Shown: in pieces, positions 1 to 12,400 of the stretch | Numbering within the stretch: position 1 is the first letter of the stretch | Layout: each line of letters starts with the position of its first letter | Assembly: GCA_963546185.1 (NCBI GenBank) | Contig: CAUULU010000001.1 | Location: forward strand, 35 to 64,034 | Direction of reading: 5' to 3' | From: an uncultured Eubacteriales bacterium | GTDB lineage: Bacteria > Bacillota > Clostridia > TANB77 > CAG-508 | DNA: 64,000 nt | Notes under the pieces: model-generated | Seen by the model: only the letters and a program-made list of their open reading frames with translations | What the model was told of the DNA's origin: nothing | The model's database searches: none | Translations under genes and position numbers: made by a program

Positions 1-1300
1 ATTATATATATCACTAGAACCAATTAATATAACCTTTACATTTAGTTTCATAGTTTCAGGCTTTAATGTTGAAAGCATCATTGGCATCCTATAATCTTTT
101 GAAACTTCTATACCACATTCTTCCAATTTCAATATTTTCTTTAATGTATCATAAAGTCCTGGTTCTCTTAATAACTCTTTTGCTTGAAATACAATATATC
201 CTCCATTCGCTTTATGGATAAGTCCTGATTTTATCTTCATAAAATTAGTTTTTAGAGTTCCATATTGATTTTCATATTCTACTTTTCCAAAAATGTTTTC
301 AAAACTATAATCTACATCCATTACAAGTGGAACTGTTTCTGCTCTACTATTATCAACAAATATATTAACATTATATCTTTCCATAATGTTTTCTTTTTGT
401 GGCATTCCTGGCATTCTTTTTTTATCTTCAAGTTCTTCATGACTTGATTCTAAGAATTCACCTAAGTTTTGTAATATATCTCTTTTAACATTCCCTATAT
501 ATTCAACAATTTTCTTGTTTTCACTATATTTTTGTTCTAAATATCTTGTAGCAACATTTAGTGTTGCACTTGCAACTGTAGTTTTCCATGTAGACATTTC
601 TCTTTCTTTTTCAATTTCAAGTCCTCTTATTTGTGTTAATACTTCAAATATTTTTTCTTGAATTTGTGGAGATTTTTTCTCATATTCAACTTTTTCTTTT
701 TGATCTAATTTTTCATATTCTTCTTTTGAAAGAGTTTTACCATTTTTAACTGGTAGCATAAAAACACCTTTTGCTCCTTCAACAACTTCAAATCCCATAG
801 GTTTTGTTGTTAAATTAAGGTCTTCTATAATCTTTTTCTTTTTCTTTTCTAAATTATCTTCTGCAAACTTCTTCTTATTTGAAAGTTCATCATCTTTAAA
901 TGACTTAGCTAAATTTTCTTTAATATATGAAATATATTGTTTCATATCTTTTTTAAATTTAACTGCTTCTCCTTGTTTTAGAACAATTGATATAGGTTCA
1001 TCTTCTCTTATGAAATTATTTACATATACATAATCAAAAAGTTCTTTTTTATGTTTTACCTTTTCTCTTAAGTAATTATTAATATATTTCATTTTTCCGA
1101 ACACCTGTAGGACCTTCTATATATATATTATATCCTTTTTTCTCAATATCTAATCCAAACATGAATGCAGATATTCCTCTTTCTTGTCCAAATATTAAAT
1201 TAGTAGTATCTTCTACATAGTCTTTACTATCATAGCTTATTTCATCCTTATTATATTTTGCCTTTAATTCTGTTATTTTTAATTCATATTTGTTTTGCAT
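1..1300 (-). CDS. Lon-like AAA+ ATP-dependent protease family protein (COG1067/LonB-like), C-terminal part runs off the window start. Reading frame needs a +1 shift at an in-frame CGG (ccg on + strand ~1097-1099) located inside the Walker A box (GPTGV-c-GK).
   Basis: ORF 1079..1300 (MQNKYELKITELK...IFGQERG...GPTGV) plus the continuing long minus-strand frame 1..1078 (…KANGGYIVFQAKELL… Lon-like) differ by one nucleotide at cgg. Confidence 0.6.
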
Positions 1301-1416
1301 TTTCTCCTCTTATCATTTGTATATATTTTTTCACATATATTATACACATACAAAAACTTATTTTCTAGATTTTTTAAAGTTTTTGTATCTATTGTTACAT
1401 TACACACTCTTTTCTA

Positions 1417-2234
1417 TTATTTTAAATTCTTCATTTTGTTTTCCAATAATTTTTTAGCCTGTGATTTTTTTAAATAATTAGGCATTATTTCATATTCTTC
1501 GATTATATCCTCTTCTTCTAAAATATATTTACCTGAATTAATATCTGTTATTCTCTTCTCAAATCCACTATTATCTACAACAACTTCTTTAAATATAACA
1601 TTATATTCCAAGATTTTTTGTTCAATAAGTTTTTTAATTCCCTTAATCACTTCTTTTCCTTGCTGTTTAGTATCTTCATCATAAACAACTATAACATTTT
1701 TAAAATCATTTAAATTTAAATCCTTAGAATTATTAACCTTATTTTTCAATTCTTCTAAACATTCTTCTCCATTTCCAGCACATTCTATAATTTTTCTTCC
1801 TTTTCCAAAAACACTATTATTATATGCCCCCATATATATTTGATCATTATTGGCATAAATCACTGATAAAAACATTGTATTTCTCATCTCTTTATCATTA
1901 GATTTGTTTTCTTCTGAAATTCCAATTTCAAATATATTTTCAAGGCTTGTCATCTCAACTATTTCTATATTTTTTTCAAAACATAATCCTTTTAAAAGTG
2001 CAATTCCTATTCTTATACCTGTAAAAGAACCGTGGTCCAGTACATATAACTACTCTTTCCATTTCTGAAAATTCTATTCCTGCTTTTTTTAGAACTTCTT
2101 CTAATACCCTCATTACATTTTCTGAATGTGATTTACCGATTATCTTCTATAACACTATATCTATTTCCTTTTTTATCAACTATCCCTACAATACATTTCT
2201 TTCCTGATGTATCTAAATACATTGTATTTTTCAT
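1417..2234 (-). CDS. tsaB: tRNA threonylcarbamoyladenosine biosynthesis protein TsaB (YeaZ); two +1 CGG sites (~2030, ~2136)
   Basis: N-term MKNTMYLDTSGKKCIVGIV…IEDN[c]GKSHSENVMRVLEEVLKKAGIEFSEMERVVICTGP[c]GSFTGIRIGIALLKGL then the listed ORF MTSLENIF…; the conserved GPGSFTG motif spans the second site. Confidence 0.7.
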
Positions 2235-2437
2235 AATATCTCCTTGATTATTATTTTATTATATAATCTTTATTATATCATATACAACTCTTTTTTTTAC
2301 AACTAATATCTTCAAATGCTTTTAGCTTAAAATTATTAAATTTATCACCTTCAATTAATTTTTTTGAATTCTTTTAAATTGTATAAATTATAAAAGGAGA
2401 AGATACAATATATATCTTCTCAACATTTATATTAATA

Positions 2438-4864
2438 TTATATTTCTAAATCTTTATCTTTTTTCTTACTTCTATTTGAATTTTCCACTTTGTTATTTAA
2501 ATTATTCATATATTCTTCTATTTTTTCTTTCACTGCTTCATTTTCTAAAATTTCAGAATTTGTTATTTTTTGATCCCATATATTATTTTGAATTTCTTTT
2601 TCTTCATTGATAACATTAGATTTTGCCTTTTCTTCTTCAACTATATTTTTTTCAACTTTTGTATTATCTTTATTTTCAATAATTTCTTTTTCTTCAGCTT
2701 TATTTGAATTATCCTTTGTTTCTGATTTTTCTAATTCTTCTAAATCTATATCCACCAATTTAATATTTTCTCTAAAAAACGAATCTTTTTTCTTATCTAT
2801 CCATTCTTTTACTTTATGTGCTATTTCTTTTATCTTTTTGAAGCTTTGTTTTATTTTTTCAAAAAATCCAATTTTCATAGGTAAATTAGTTTTCTCTGTT
2901 TCTAATAATACTTTTGAAACTTTTTTCTTTTCAATTGGTTCTTCTTTTGTGTTTTCTTTAAATCTATCATTTATTATTTTAGTTTCTGTATTTTCTCTTC
3001 TTTTTAAATCAATATTATTTTGGGTATTATTAATAACTTTATTATTATTTTCTTCCCTTATATATTCTTCCAAAGTCTTTTCTAACATAGAATCTACATC
3101 TAAGCCATAGTTTTCTTTTTCTTTTAATAAAACTTCCTCTATATATTGTTTCTTAGGTATTTCTATTCCATTTTTAAGCTTAACTTTTTCTCCTTTTGGT
3201 ATCTTAAAAATAACATATTTCTTCAAATATTCTTCATAAGTTATTTCCTTTCCAGAACCTATTTTTACTTTTTGGCTTAATACTGCTGGATTAATATTTT
3301 CAAACAATTCACCATTAATTTCTTTTTTATTATTAAAATTAGAGTTATCCAATTTTGTATTTGTGTACTTATAATTATTATTTATATTTTTAGGTTTATT
3401 AGCATTCCTATTTTTATTAACTTCTTCTTTTTCTATAATTATATTTTCTTCTAATAATTTCTTTATATTTATATTATATTTTTGTTCTAATTTTGGTATT
3501 TCATTTTCTATAAATTCTTTTGGAGTTAACTGTCTTCCATCTTTCATTATTATATTTTTATCTTTAGGTAATTCTATTACTACTGCTCTAATATATCTTT
3601 CATATTCTATCTCATCATACCCTTTAAGAAATCCTGCAAATTTTATTTTTTTATTTAAAAACTCTGGATCAATTGTTTTTAAAATTTCATTTGTCTTATC
3701 TTCATTAAATAGCTGATCTCTCTTATCAATATCAAAACAAAACTTTTCTGAATCAATTCCATTAGCTAGTCCTTCTTCTTTTATTGCCTCCCTAACTTTT
3801 CCTAAAAAACTCGGATCTTTTTTTAATATTTGTTTAGAAAATGGTCTAAAAGCTCTTTGAATCATTTCAGAATCCACCTCTATATTAATATCATCTATAT
3901 TAAATTCTTTTATTTTATCAAATATTTGTTTATTTAAATATTCATTAAGTCCTGTATCTTCCTTTGTAAGTTCTTTATTCTCTCTTAACCATTTAATTGT
4001 TTCTTTTGATATTGCATTTTGTATAATCCCTGATCTTGAACTATTAAAAGATTTTGTATTTTTACCATTTTCATCTAAAGATGGTTCTGATCCATACCCA
4101 ATCCATCCATCTATTTTCCCTGTAAGCATAGGTGGAGTCTGAGCTCTTTTTACTATTTCTGGCTCTTCTTTTTTTATTTCTTCTAAAATTTCAAGATATT
4201 TAGATAATTTTCTATCATCTGAATATATTACAATAGTATCATCTCTATCCCCTCTGTCTGAGAATTTAAAATGATAATCCAATTCTCTTTCCTTACATTT
4301 ATTTCTAAATAATTCCATTACCTTATATGTATCAATATTTTCAGTATTTAAATATAATCTATGGTCTACTATAATTTTTTTATACTTACTGGGATTAATA
4401 CTATTGTGACTAATATATGTCCAAGTACTCCCATGGAAAAAAGGTGCATAATCTTCATATATATCTGTTAATTTTGTCTTCTTTGAGTCTTTATCTAATT
4501 TATCTAATTTCGTTAATCTATTAAATACCTTCGAATTTTCTTTAAAATCCTTTATATCTGGAATATTTTTTATACATTCTCTTAGTCTAACAAAATCTTG
4601 ATTATTATAAGATTTAATATCTTCATCAGATATATTTTTTGTAATATCATTTTTCCATTCATTAAATATTTGAGATACCAACCTGTCCTTGTCATCCATA
4701 TTTATCCCTTTATATTTCTTTTCTTTATAATTAACTTGTACCAATTTATTATAATATTGTTTAGTTCTTAATTCATCTGAATATCCTTCAATTAATTTTT
4801 TTATCACTTCATCATCATTAAGTGGATTTTCTATTTTTTCATAAAGTTCTTGATAATTTTTCAT
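2438..4864 (-). CDS. Hypothetical Lys/Glu-rich protein, 808 aa, intact; C-terminus …KDKDLEI
   Basis: Long uninterrupted minus ORF; no recognisable catalytic motif; shares C-terminal KDLEI with the next gene. Confidence 0.55.
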   Translation of the reverse strand: MKNYQELYEKIENPLNDDEVIKKLIEGYSDELRTKQYYNKLVQVNYKEKKYKGINMDDKDRLVSQIFNEWKNDITKNISDEDIKSYNNQDFVRLRECIKNIPDIKDFKENSKVFNRLTKLDKLDKDSKKTKLTDIYEDYAPFFHGSTWTYISHNSINPSKYKKIIVDHRLYLNTENIDTYKVMELFRNKCKERELDYHFKFSDRGDRDDTIVIYSDDRKLSKYLEILEEIKKEEPEIVKRAQTPPMLTGKIDGWIGYGSEPSLDENGKNTKSFNSSRSGIIQNAISKETIKWLRENKELTKEDTGLNEYLNKQIFDKIKEFNIDDINIEVDSEMIQRAFRPFSKQILKKDPSFLGKVREAIKEEGLANGIDSEKFCFDIDKRDQLFNEDKTNEILKTIDPEFLNKKIKFAGFLKGYDEIEYERYIRAVVIELPKDKNIIMKDGRQLTPKEFIENEIPKLEQKYNINIKKLLEENIIIEKEEVNKNRNANKPKNINNNYKYTNTKLDNSNFNNKKEINGELFENINPAVLSQKVKIGSGKEITYEEYLKKYVIFKIPKGEKVKLKNGIEIPKKQYIEEVLLKEKENYGLDVDSMLEKTLEEYIREENNNKVINNTQNNIDLKRRENTETKIINDRFKENTKEEPIEKKKVSKVLLETEKTNLPMKIGFFEKIKQSFKKIKEIAHKVKEWIDKKKDSFFRENIKLVDIDLEELEKSETKDNSNKAEEKEIIENKDNTKVEKNIVEEEKAKSNVINEEKEIQNNIWDQKITNSEILENEAVKEKIEEYMNNLNNKVENSNRSKKKDKDLEI

Positions 4865-4892
4865 ATATTCTCCTTTGTACTATTCACTATTT

Positions 4893-5873
4893 TTATATTT
4901 CTAAATCTTTTACTTTTTCTTGTTCTTCTTTTTCTTCTTTTATCTTACTTTCAAATTTTTCTACTGCTTCTTCAATCTTTTTATCATAATTATTATCAAA
5001 CTTTTCTTCTGAGAACTCTCTTTCCTTATCTCTTCCTTTTTCTCTTTCTGTTAATGTTGTTATATAATCTTCAGCATAGTTATAACCAATAACTTCCCAT
5101 TCTCCTGTTTTTTCATTATAATCATAACTTTCACGAGGGTTAACTGGTAGTCTCTTATCTGGATCTTCTTTCTTATAGTATTTTGCCATATTCTTATATA
5201 CTTCAAACATTGTCATAGGTTTTCCTTCATCATCTACCATAACTTCTAATTTTTCTGTGTCTATTATTCTATCTTTAAATGTATGCATATCCATTTTTGA
5301 CATCTTTACCTTTTCTTTTCCACCTCCACTATAATTATAGTCTGTTTCATAGCTATAGTCTTCATTCTCAATTATATTTCCTTTTATGCACACTTGATTT
5401 TCCCATAGTGTTTGTATTGAATCATATACTAAATCTTTAAATTCTTCTTCTGTAACATTTTCATCCATCCCTTTTTTTCTTAAATCTTCTTTAATATATC
5501 TAACAATATCCAAAAATCCACCATTACTATCTATTTCACCTTTTTCTGATTTATCTGATTTTGAACGTCCAAAAAAGTTTTTAATTTCATTTCTTATTTC
5601 ATCTACACTAAGCCCCTCTTTATTCTTAGGCACTACTCTTAACCAATCTTCTATATGATATCCCATATTATTAGCTTGAGCTAATGTTGTTTCTATTCCT
5701 TGACTAAAAAATACTCTTGCTTCTATATCATGTACTTCTTTAACTTCTCCATTTCTTATTCCATTATTAGGAACAAGTCCTTTTTCTTCAATACTTTTTA
5801 AATTACCTTTACTTGTCACATGCCAAAATGATTCTTCTTTTAAATATTCATCTTTAAGTTTACTATATTTCAT
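4893..5873 (-). CDS. Hypothetical Lys/Glu-rich protein, 326 aa, intact; C-terminus …EKVKDLEI
   Basis: Uninterrupted minus ORF immediately downstream of the 808-aa gene, with a similar acidic/lysine-rich C-terminal tail. Confidence 0.55.
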   Translation of the reverse strand: MKYSKLKDEYLKEESFWHVTSKGNLKSIEEKGLVPNNGIRNGEVKEVHDIEARVFFSQGIETTLAQANNMGYHIEDWLRVVPKNKEGLSVDEIRNEIKNFFGRSKSDKSEKGEIDSNGGFLDIVRYIKEDLRKKGMDENVTEEEFKDLVYDSIQTLWENQVCIKGNIIENEDYSYETDYNYSGGGKEKVKMSKMDMHTFKDRIIDTEKLEVMVDDEGKPMTMFEVYKNMAKYYKKEDPDKRLPVNPRESYDYNEKTGEWEVIGYNYAEDYITTLTEREKGRDKEREFSEEKFDNNYDKKIEEAVEKFESKIKEEKEEQEKVKDLEI

Positions 5874-6137
5874 ATCTCAACCTCTTTCTTATCATTCTAT
5901 ATAGTTTATCATACTATATCATAATTACTATTAAAACAACTAAGTTTTATATAATAATATTTTTAATAACTTTGTTACAATTCAAATAATAAAGAGTAAG
6001 AGTAAGAATAAAATTAAATTTAAGAAGAAAACAAAAAGATAAAATAGATAAAAGACAATAAATACACATATTAAAAAGAAGAAACTAAGTTCTTATCTTA
6101 ATTTCTCCTTTATAATTACATATTATACTTACATTTC

Positions 6138-8121
6138 TTATTCTATATTCCATGTAGTCTTTTGACTTAAGTCTATATAATCATCATATTTTAAACTTTC
6201 GTTTATATATACATTAAGTCTACTTCTGCCTAGGGATGATACTGGTATTGTTAAAGCAGTTTCTGTTTTTTCTACTTCTTTTTCTTCTATCTTCTTATCA
6301 TCAAGTTCTACTTTTACCTTAACTTTAGTAGAAGTTGCCCCACTTAATATTCCTGGTGTAGGTGGTGTAGTAGCTGCTGTTGTTCCTGTCATTTTAGCAA
6401 CATTTATAACTATCTTACCTTTTATAAGTTCTGGAACTTTATTAACAAATATCTTAACTTCTGTTCCTTCTTTTACAGTTGTTCCTGCAGTTGGAGTAGA
6501 AAGTGTAACTATTCCATTAGACTTATACTCAACATATGTTTCTTGTTCTGTAACTTTTAAGTTAAGTGCTTGAAGTTTTCTAATTGCTTCTTCTTTCTTT
6601 AAATCTTCAAGTTTTGGTATTACAACATCTTTTTTAGCTGTTCCCTTACTTACATATATTTTTATAGTATCTTTTTTAGGCATTTCACCTTGTTCATTCT
6701 TAGTATATTCTAATTTTAAAAGTTTACCTTTTTCAATTTCTTCACTATGTTCTTCTACTATTTCATACTTAATTCCAGCATCGTCTAAAGCTTTCTTTAT
6801 TTCATCTACTGTCTTTTTATCAAGCTCATCTGGAACTTTAACCATTTCAAGTCCTTTACTTACATATACTTTTATAACAGTCCCTGTTTTTATCATATAG
6901 TTTGGTTGGAACTTAGGATCTTGTTTTATAACCTCATCTTTTGGTATTTCTTCACTATATTCTTCTACTATCTCATATTTAAATTTAAGTTTTTCTAAAA
7001 GAGCTATAGCTTCATCTTTTTTTAGTCTCTTTTCATCTTGAGCCCCTGCTAGATTTGGTATATATGCCTCTTTTTGTCTATCTTGGTTAAGTAAGAATAT
7101 TGTTGCAGCTACAATTATTATTAATATAATTATTGATGCTATACCAAGCATTACCCATTTTAGCCATGGTTTTTGTTCAAATAATGTTTTTTTATTATTT
7201 CTTTCATCTTCTCTTCTTCTATTTTTAACAATTGGTATACTTTTTGTCATTTGACTTACTATACCTTCTTGATTAAATACAGAAAAATCTGTTTCAGGAT
7301 GTTTTGATAATATTTCTAAATCTTGTAATAATTCATTAGCACTATTATATCTTTCTTCCTTATCTTTTCTCATTGCCTTTAATATTATATAGTTAAGACC
7401 TTCAGGTATATCTGGATTTATACTTATAGGTTCAATCGGTTTTTCTTGTACTTGTTTAAGCGCAACAGATACTGGTGTATCTGCATCAAATGGTACTCTT
7501 CCTGTTACCATTTCATACATAACAATACCTATTGAATATATATCTGATTTTGCATCTGTTATTGTACCTTTTGCATGTTCTGGTGAAAAATAATGAACAG
7601 ATCCTATTGTACTTCCAAATGCTGTCATTGTGGCATTTGTAACTGCTTTTGCTATACCAAAGTCTGTTACCTTAACTGTAAAATCATCTGATATTATAAT
7701 ATTGTGTGGTTTTATATCTCTATGCACAATTCCATTTTTATGAGCCATTTCTAATGCTGAAGATATTTGTTTTGCAATATCTACTGCAACTTTCCATGGA
7801 ATTCTACCTTCTTCTTCTATAATTTCTTTTAATGTTTTACCTTTTATAAGTTCCATAACGATATAGTACATTCCGGTCACTTATTCCAACATCATATACA
7901 GAAACAATATTTGGATGTGTAAGTGATGCCGCTGCTTGTGCTTCTGAATTAAAACGTTTTATAAATTCTGAGTCTGTTGTAAATTCATCTTTAAGTACTT
8001 TTACTGCTACTTCTCTATTTAGTACATGGCATTTTGCTCTATATACTGTAGCCATACCACCTACTCCTATTTTTTCTAGAATTTCATATCTATTTTCTAA
8101 CATTTTTCCTTGTAAATTCAT
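6138..8121 (-). CDS. prkC: Ser/Thr protein kinase with C-terminal PASTA-like repeats (PrkC-type); one +1 CGG site (~7873)
   Basis: N-term ORF …[11 protein letters not shown]…[14 protein letters not shown][c][12 protein letters not shown]… joins the 580-aa ORF ([19 protein letters not shown] segment, repeated β-rich extracellular modules). Confidence 0.8.
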
Positions 8122-8128
8122 ATTTCTC

Positions 8129-8855
8129 CTATTTTTTTATAACAACAACTGTTATATTATCCATTCCTCCATTTTTATTAGCTTCATCTGTTAATTTCTT
8201 AGAAACATCTCCTTCTTCTTTAAGGATTTCTTTGATTCTTTCTTCTGAAACCATATTAGTAAGCCCATCTGTACACATAAGTATAATATCTCCATCTCTA
8301 AATTTTCTATGTATTACATCTGGTTCTACAAGCTTAGAATTTCCTATTCCCTTTGTTACCATATTTTTATCTGGATGTTTAACTGCTTCTTCTCTTGTTA
8401 TCTTACCATCTTCTATTAAATTTTCTATATAACTATGATCTTTTGTAAGTTTTTTTAAGACATCTTTCCTTAGCCTATATATTCTACTATCTCCTGCATG
8501 TCCTATATATATATCATCATTAATAATAAGTAAAATCTCAAGAGTTGCTCCCATATACTTATACTTTTCATCTTCTTTAGATTTTTCATATACTATCATG
8601 TTTGCATATTCTATTGCCCCATTTACAAGCTTTTGAATATCTTCCTTATTATTAAATGTAATTTCATAATTGTTTAAGATATAACTTTTAGCTGCTGCTG
8701 TTCCGAAGTCTACTTGCGATTTCTCCTCCGTTATATCCTCCCATTCCATCTGAAACTATATATATATCTATTCCTATTTCATCATCTGCTATATAATATG
8801 TATCTTCATTGATACTTCTTACTTTACCTATTTCTGAATTTGCAAATACTTCCAT
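8129..8855 (-). CDS. stp: PP2C-family Ser/Thr phosphatase (Stp/PrpC); one +1 CGG site (~8703)
   Basis: [21 protein letters not shown]…[16 protein letters not shown][c]GTAAAKSY… then the listed ORF; DGMGG and DGLTN motifs present. Confidence 0.8.
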
Positions 8856-8895
8856 CTTTTTCCTTCTTATATTCCCTTATATAATAATATATTTA

Positions 8896-9955
8896 TTATA
8901 TTTTATCAATATTTTTCTTTCTAAGTTGTCCGACATGCTGCATCTATATCTTCTCCGAAGCTTTCTTCTTACTGTTGCAACTATTCCATGGTCATTTAAA
9001 TAATCTCTAAATTTAATTACATTTTCGTTACTTGTCTTTTTAAATGTTCTTTCTTCTATTTCATTTATAGGTATTAAATTTACATGTGATTTTATATTCT
9101 TAATTAATCCTACTAATCTTTCTGCATCTTTTATACTATCATTTAAACCTTTTATAAGGGCATATTCAAAAGATATTCTTTTACCTGTTTCTTCTTCATA
9201 ATACTTACAAGCAGATAAAAGCTCTTCTATATTATATTTCCTATTTACTGGCATTATTTTGCTTCTTGTTTCATCATCTGTATAATGAAGTGATACTGAA
9301 AGTGTACATGAAAACTTAAGCTTTGCAAGCTCTCTTATCTTATCAGCAATTCCACATGTTGATATACTAATATGTCTTGCTCCAATATTTAGTCCGAAAT
9401 GGATCATTCATAATCATAAGTGCATTTACAACATTTTCAAAATTATCAAGTGGTTCTCCAATTCCCATAAATACAACATTTGATATTCTAATATTTTCTT
9501 CTTTTTCTAATACTTGTATTTGTGAAACAATTTCTCCTGTAGTAAGATTTCCTTCAAACTTTGTTTTAGTTGATGCACAGAATTCACATCCCATCTTACA
9601 ACCTTTTTGTGTTGATACACATATTGTATATCCGATGATTATAACTCATAAGAACTGATTCTATTGCTCCACCTGTTGGAAGTTTTATTAAATATTTTTT
9701 TGTACCATCTACAGATACTTGCTTTTTTAATATTTCTAAATTATCAATATAATAATTTTCATTAAGTTTTGCTATAAGTTCTTTAGAAAGATTTGTCATC
9801 TCTTCAAACTTTTCTGCTTTTTTCCTATATAGCCATTCATATATTTGTTTTGCCCTATATTTCTTTTCATTTAAATTTTCTATAACTTCTTTTTCTAAAT
9901 CATCATATTTAAATGATTTTATACTTTTTTTATCCATCTTTCTCCTATTTTTCAC
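8896..9955 (-). CDS. rlmN: 23S rRNA (adenine2503-C2) methyltransferase RlmN (radical SAM); four +1 CGG sites (~8930, 8955, 9394, 9632)
   Basis: Fragments 9596..9955, 9367..9594 and 8877..9407 align to one RlmN: …SYNH[c]GYTICVSTQKGCKMGCEFCAS…NDPF[c]GLNIGARHISISTCG…VRRKL[c]GEDIDAAC[c]GQLRKKNIDKI*. Confidence 0.8.
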
Positions 9956-10944
9956 CTTTTACTTTTAACTTAAAAAATGTTACTTCACTTGGATTAAATA
10001 ATCTTATAGGTATATTAGTATTTCCTATACCTCTTGAAATTAATACTCCAGTTCTTCCATTTTTACTATATTTTATCCCTGCTGTATATTTAGGGAAAAA
10101 TCCTTGGTTTATTGATACAAATCCTATATTTAAAAACGGGATTCTAAATTGACCACCATGTGCATGTCCTGTAAATGCAAAATCAACATTTCCGAAGTTC
10201 TCCATAAACATCTACATATTCTGCCCTGTGTGCAAGCAATAATGTTATATTTTCATCTTCAGGATTTTCTATTGCCTTCATAGATTCATTTAATATCACT
10301 GTATTTAGCTCTGTATATCTATCTTTTGACATTATAATTACTGGTAATGGTCTTGTATCATTTCCTATTAAATGTTCATATTTTGTTCCTTTTTGTATGA
10401 AATTTGGATAATGTTCTTGGAAATCTTTAAATCCCATTATTCTTAATTTTACTCCATTAACCTCAATTTCATCTTTTTCATCTTTTAAATAATGTATACC
10501 AAAATTTTGAATTTCTTCCCAGAACTTTGCTATCATTTCATTTTTTTCTTTACTACTGCACATTTTCATTCTTGCTTCATGATTACCAACAATATAATAT
10601 ATCCTATTACCAGGTACAACTTCTGCAAGTCTTTTCATAAATGATATACTAAAATCCAACTTATTCTTGTAAAAGTCCATAAAATCACCTGTACATAAAA
10701 CTATATCTGGATTATTCTTTCTTATTATATTAATGATTTTTTCATCTTTTCCATAGTCATTACAATCATGTAAGTCTGATATATGACATATACTTATTTC
10801 CTTATCTTCTTTACTACCATCTTTTGTACCTATACTTCTTGTTATTCTTGTTATTGAAACTCTTCTATTATCCCATATATTATATACAATAGTAAAAACT
10901 ATTAATAATATAATTATTGCTAAAACTATATATAATATTTCCAT
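9945..10944 (-). CDS. Membrane-anchored calcineurin-like metallophosphoesterase; one +1 CGG site (~10192)
   Basis: N-terminal TM segment, motifs ISDLHD…GDFMD…GNHE; …VDVYGEL[c]GNVDFAFTGHAHGGQ joins ORFs 10183..10944 and 9945..10211. Confidence 0.7.
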
Positions 10945-11060
10945 TTTTCCTCCTAATTATCATAATAATTAAATATACATTAATAATACTAAACTACTAA
11001 AATAGTAATATTTTTTAGTATATATTAATGTATAATATTTTTCAAATCTATTATTCTTTT

Positions 11061-11756
11061 CTAATTTTTTGATGTTTTTCTTGCTAATACAACATATCTT
11101 TTTTGTGAATCATCACTACATGTAGATAATGATACTTCTGTTTCTCCTTTTGTATCTCTTCTCATATATGTAGCATCATTAGGGTTTGTACTAAATCCTC
11201 TATATATTGTATATTCTACTTCTCTTCCTGTATTATCCTTTATATATATCTTATCTCCAACCTTTAATGTGTGGTTTTTTGAGAAAAACATATTACTCCT
11301 ATAATTATGTCCAAGTATTGTTGTATTTCCTGGTTCATTAATTCCATTTTGAGTATCAAGCATTGCTGTTGCAATTTCAAGTGAACGTTTACTTAATGGG
11401 AATAATATTGGATATGATATTTTAGTTTTAGGTATCCTTACAGTACCTACAACATCATAATTTTCCATTTTTACTCTTGTAGACTTTCCTTGTACTTTTG
11501 TATTATTTGTTGTTCCTCCAATAGATATAGGGTCTGATTGATTGTTTAGTCCTTGTTTTTCATTACCTAAATCTAATTTCTTATCATTAAATTCTTTAAC
11601 TACATCTTGAGCGTTCTTTTCTGCTGCATCATCATTCATTTTAGATACAACAAAAAATACTATTGTTACTAATATTAATAACACTGTTATAATTATCATT
11701 ACTGTAAGTATTATACTATTTCTTTTTTCCTTTTTTTCATCTATTTCATCATACAT
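11061..11756 (-). CDS. Sortase family transpeptidase (class B-like)
   Basis: N-terminal TM anchor, ILGHN histidine motif, LSTCS (TLxTC) active-site cysteine. Confidence 0.65.
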   Translation of the reverse strand: MYDEIDEKKEKRNSIILTVMIIITVLLILVTIVFFVVSKMNDDAAEKNAQDVVKEFNDKKLDLGNEKQGLNNQSDPISIGGTTNNTKVQGKSTRVKMENYDVVGTVRIPKTKISYPILFPLSKRSLEIATAMLDTQNGINEPGNTTILGHNYRSNMFFSKNHTLKVGDKIYIKDNTGREVEYTIYRGFSTNPNDATYMRRDTKGETEVSLSTCSDDSQKRYVVLARKTSKN

Positions 11757-11870
11757 ACTTTAATTTCCTCTCATTTCTTATTATTTATATTCATATATAA
11801 TATTATACTTTATATTATACCATACTTTTTTATTTTTTGCAGTTATTTCAAATCTTGTAATAATAATATA

Positions 11871-11906
11871 AAAAAGAACCAACTTTTATTGTTGGTCCTT
11901 TTTTAA
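11871..11906 (-). terminator. Rho-independent terminator hairpin (GAACCAAC…GTTGGTCC) flanked by A- and T-runs, downstream of the 74-aa ORF
   Basis: Perfect 8-bp stem plus T-tract seen in sequence. Confidence 0.6.
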
Positions 11907-11911
11907 GGGTC

Positions 11912-12136
11912 TTATACCCTAGAAAAACTTTCAAGCTTCTCTTTTGCTTTTTTCAATTGTTTATTTTTCTTGTTAATAGAAGAATTTATTTCGTCTATCT
12001 CTCTTGCTATTATAGGTGTTATTTTTTCACTTCTTAGCAATTTTTCTTTTCTTTCTATTTTCTTGTTTACTTCCACATCTAATGCTTTTATCGCATTAAT
12101 TAAATCTCTTTTTTCTCTTTGTTCTTTGTTTAACAT
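11912..12136 (-). CDS. Small coiled-coil protein (74 aa), hypothetical
   Basis: Listed ORF, charged heptad-like sequence, followed by a terminator. Confidence 0.4.
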   Translation of the reverse strand: MLNKEQREKRDLINAIKALDVEVNKKIERKEKLLRSEKITPIIAREIDEINSSINKKNKQLKKAKEKLESFSRV

Positions 12137-12400
12137 TCTAAATCACTCCATTTTATTTTTTAATTTCTAATACCGCAATTGTTTCTGCCAACTCCCTCTT
12201 TAAATACGAAGGAGTTTCTATGTATTTTTCAATTTCTTTTTCTAATATTTGAATTCTTCTCAACTCCTTTAATTCTTCGATAATTTTTTCCTTTTGATTC
12301 AAAATGTCACCATCCTTTCTGCAGTATTTACTGCCAAAATTAGTTTTTTGTTAACATAAATAAATTATACAATACTTTTTAATGTTTTGCAAGCTTTTAG

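Noticed and set aside
1-1300. Lon-like ATPase as BREX BrxL.
   Set aside because: No brxA/B/C/pglX/pglZ neighbours; tsaB and housekeeping genes flank it. A generic Lon-like (COG1067) protease is more parsimonious.
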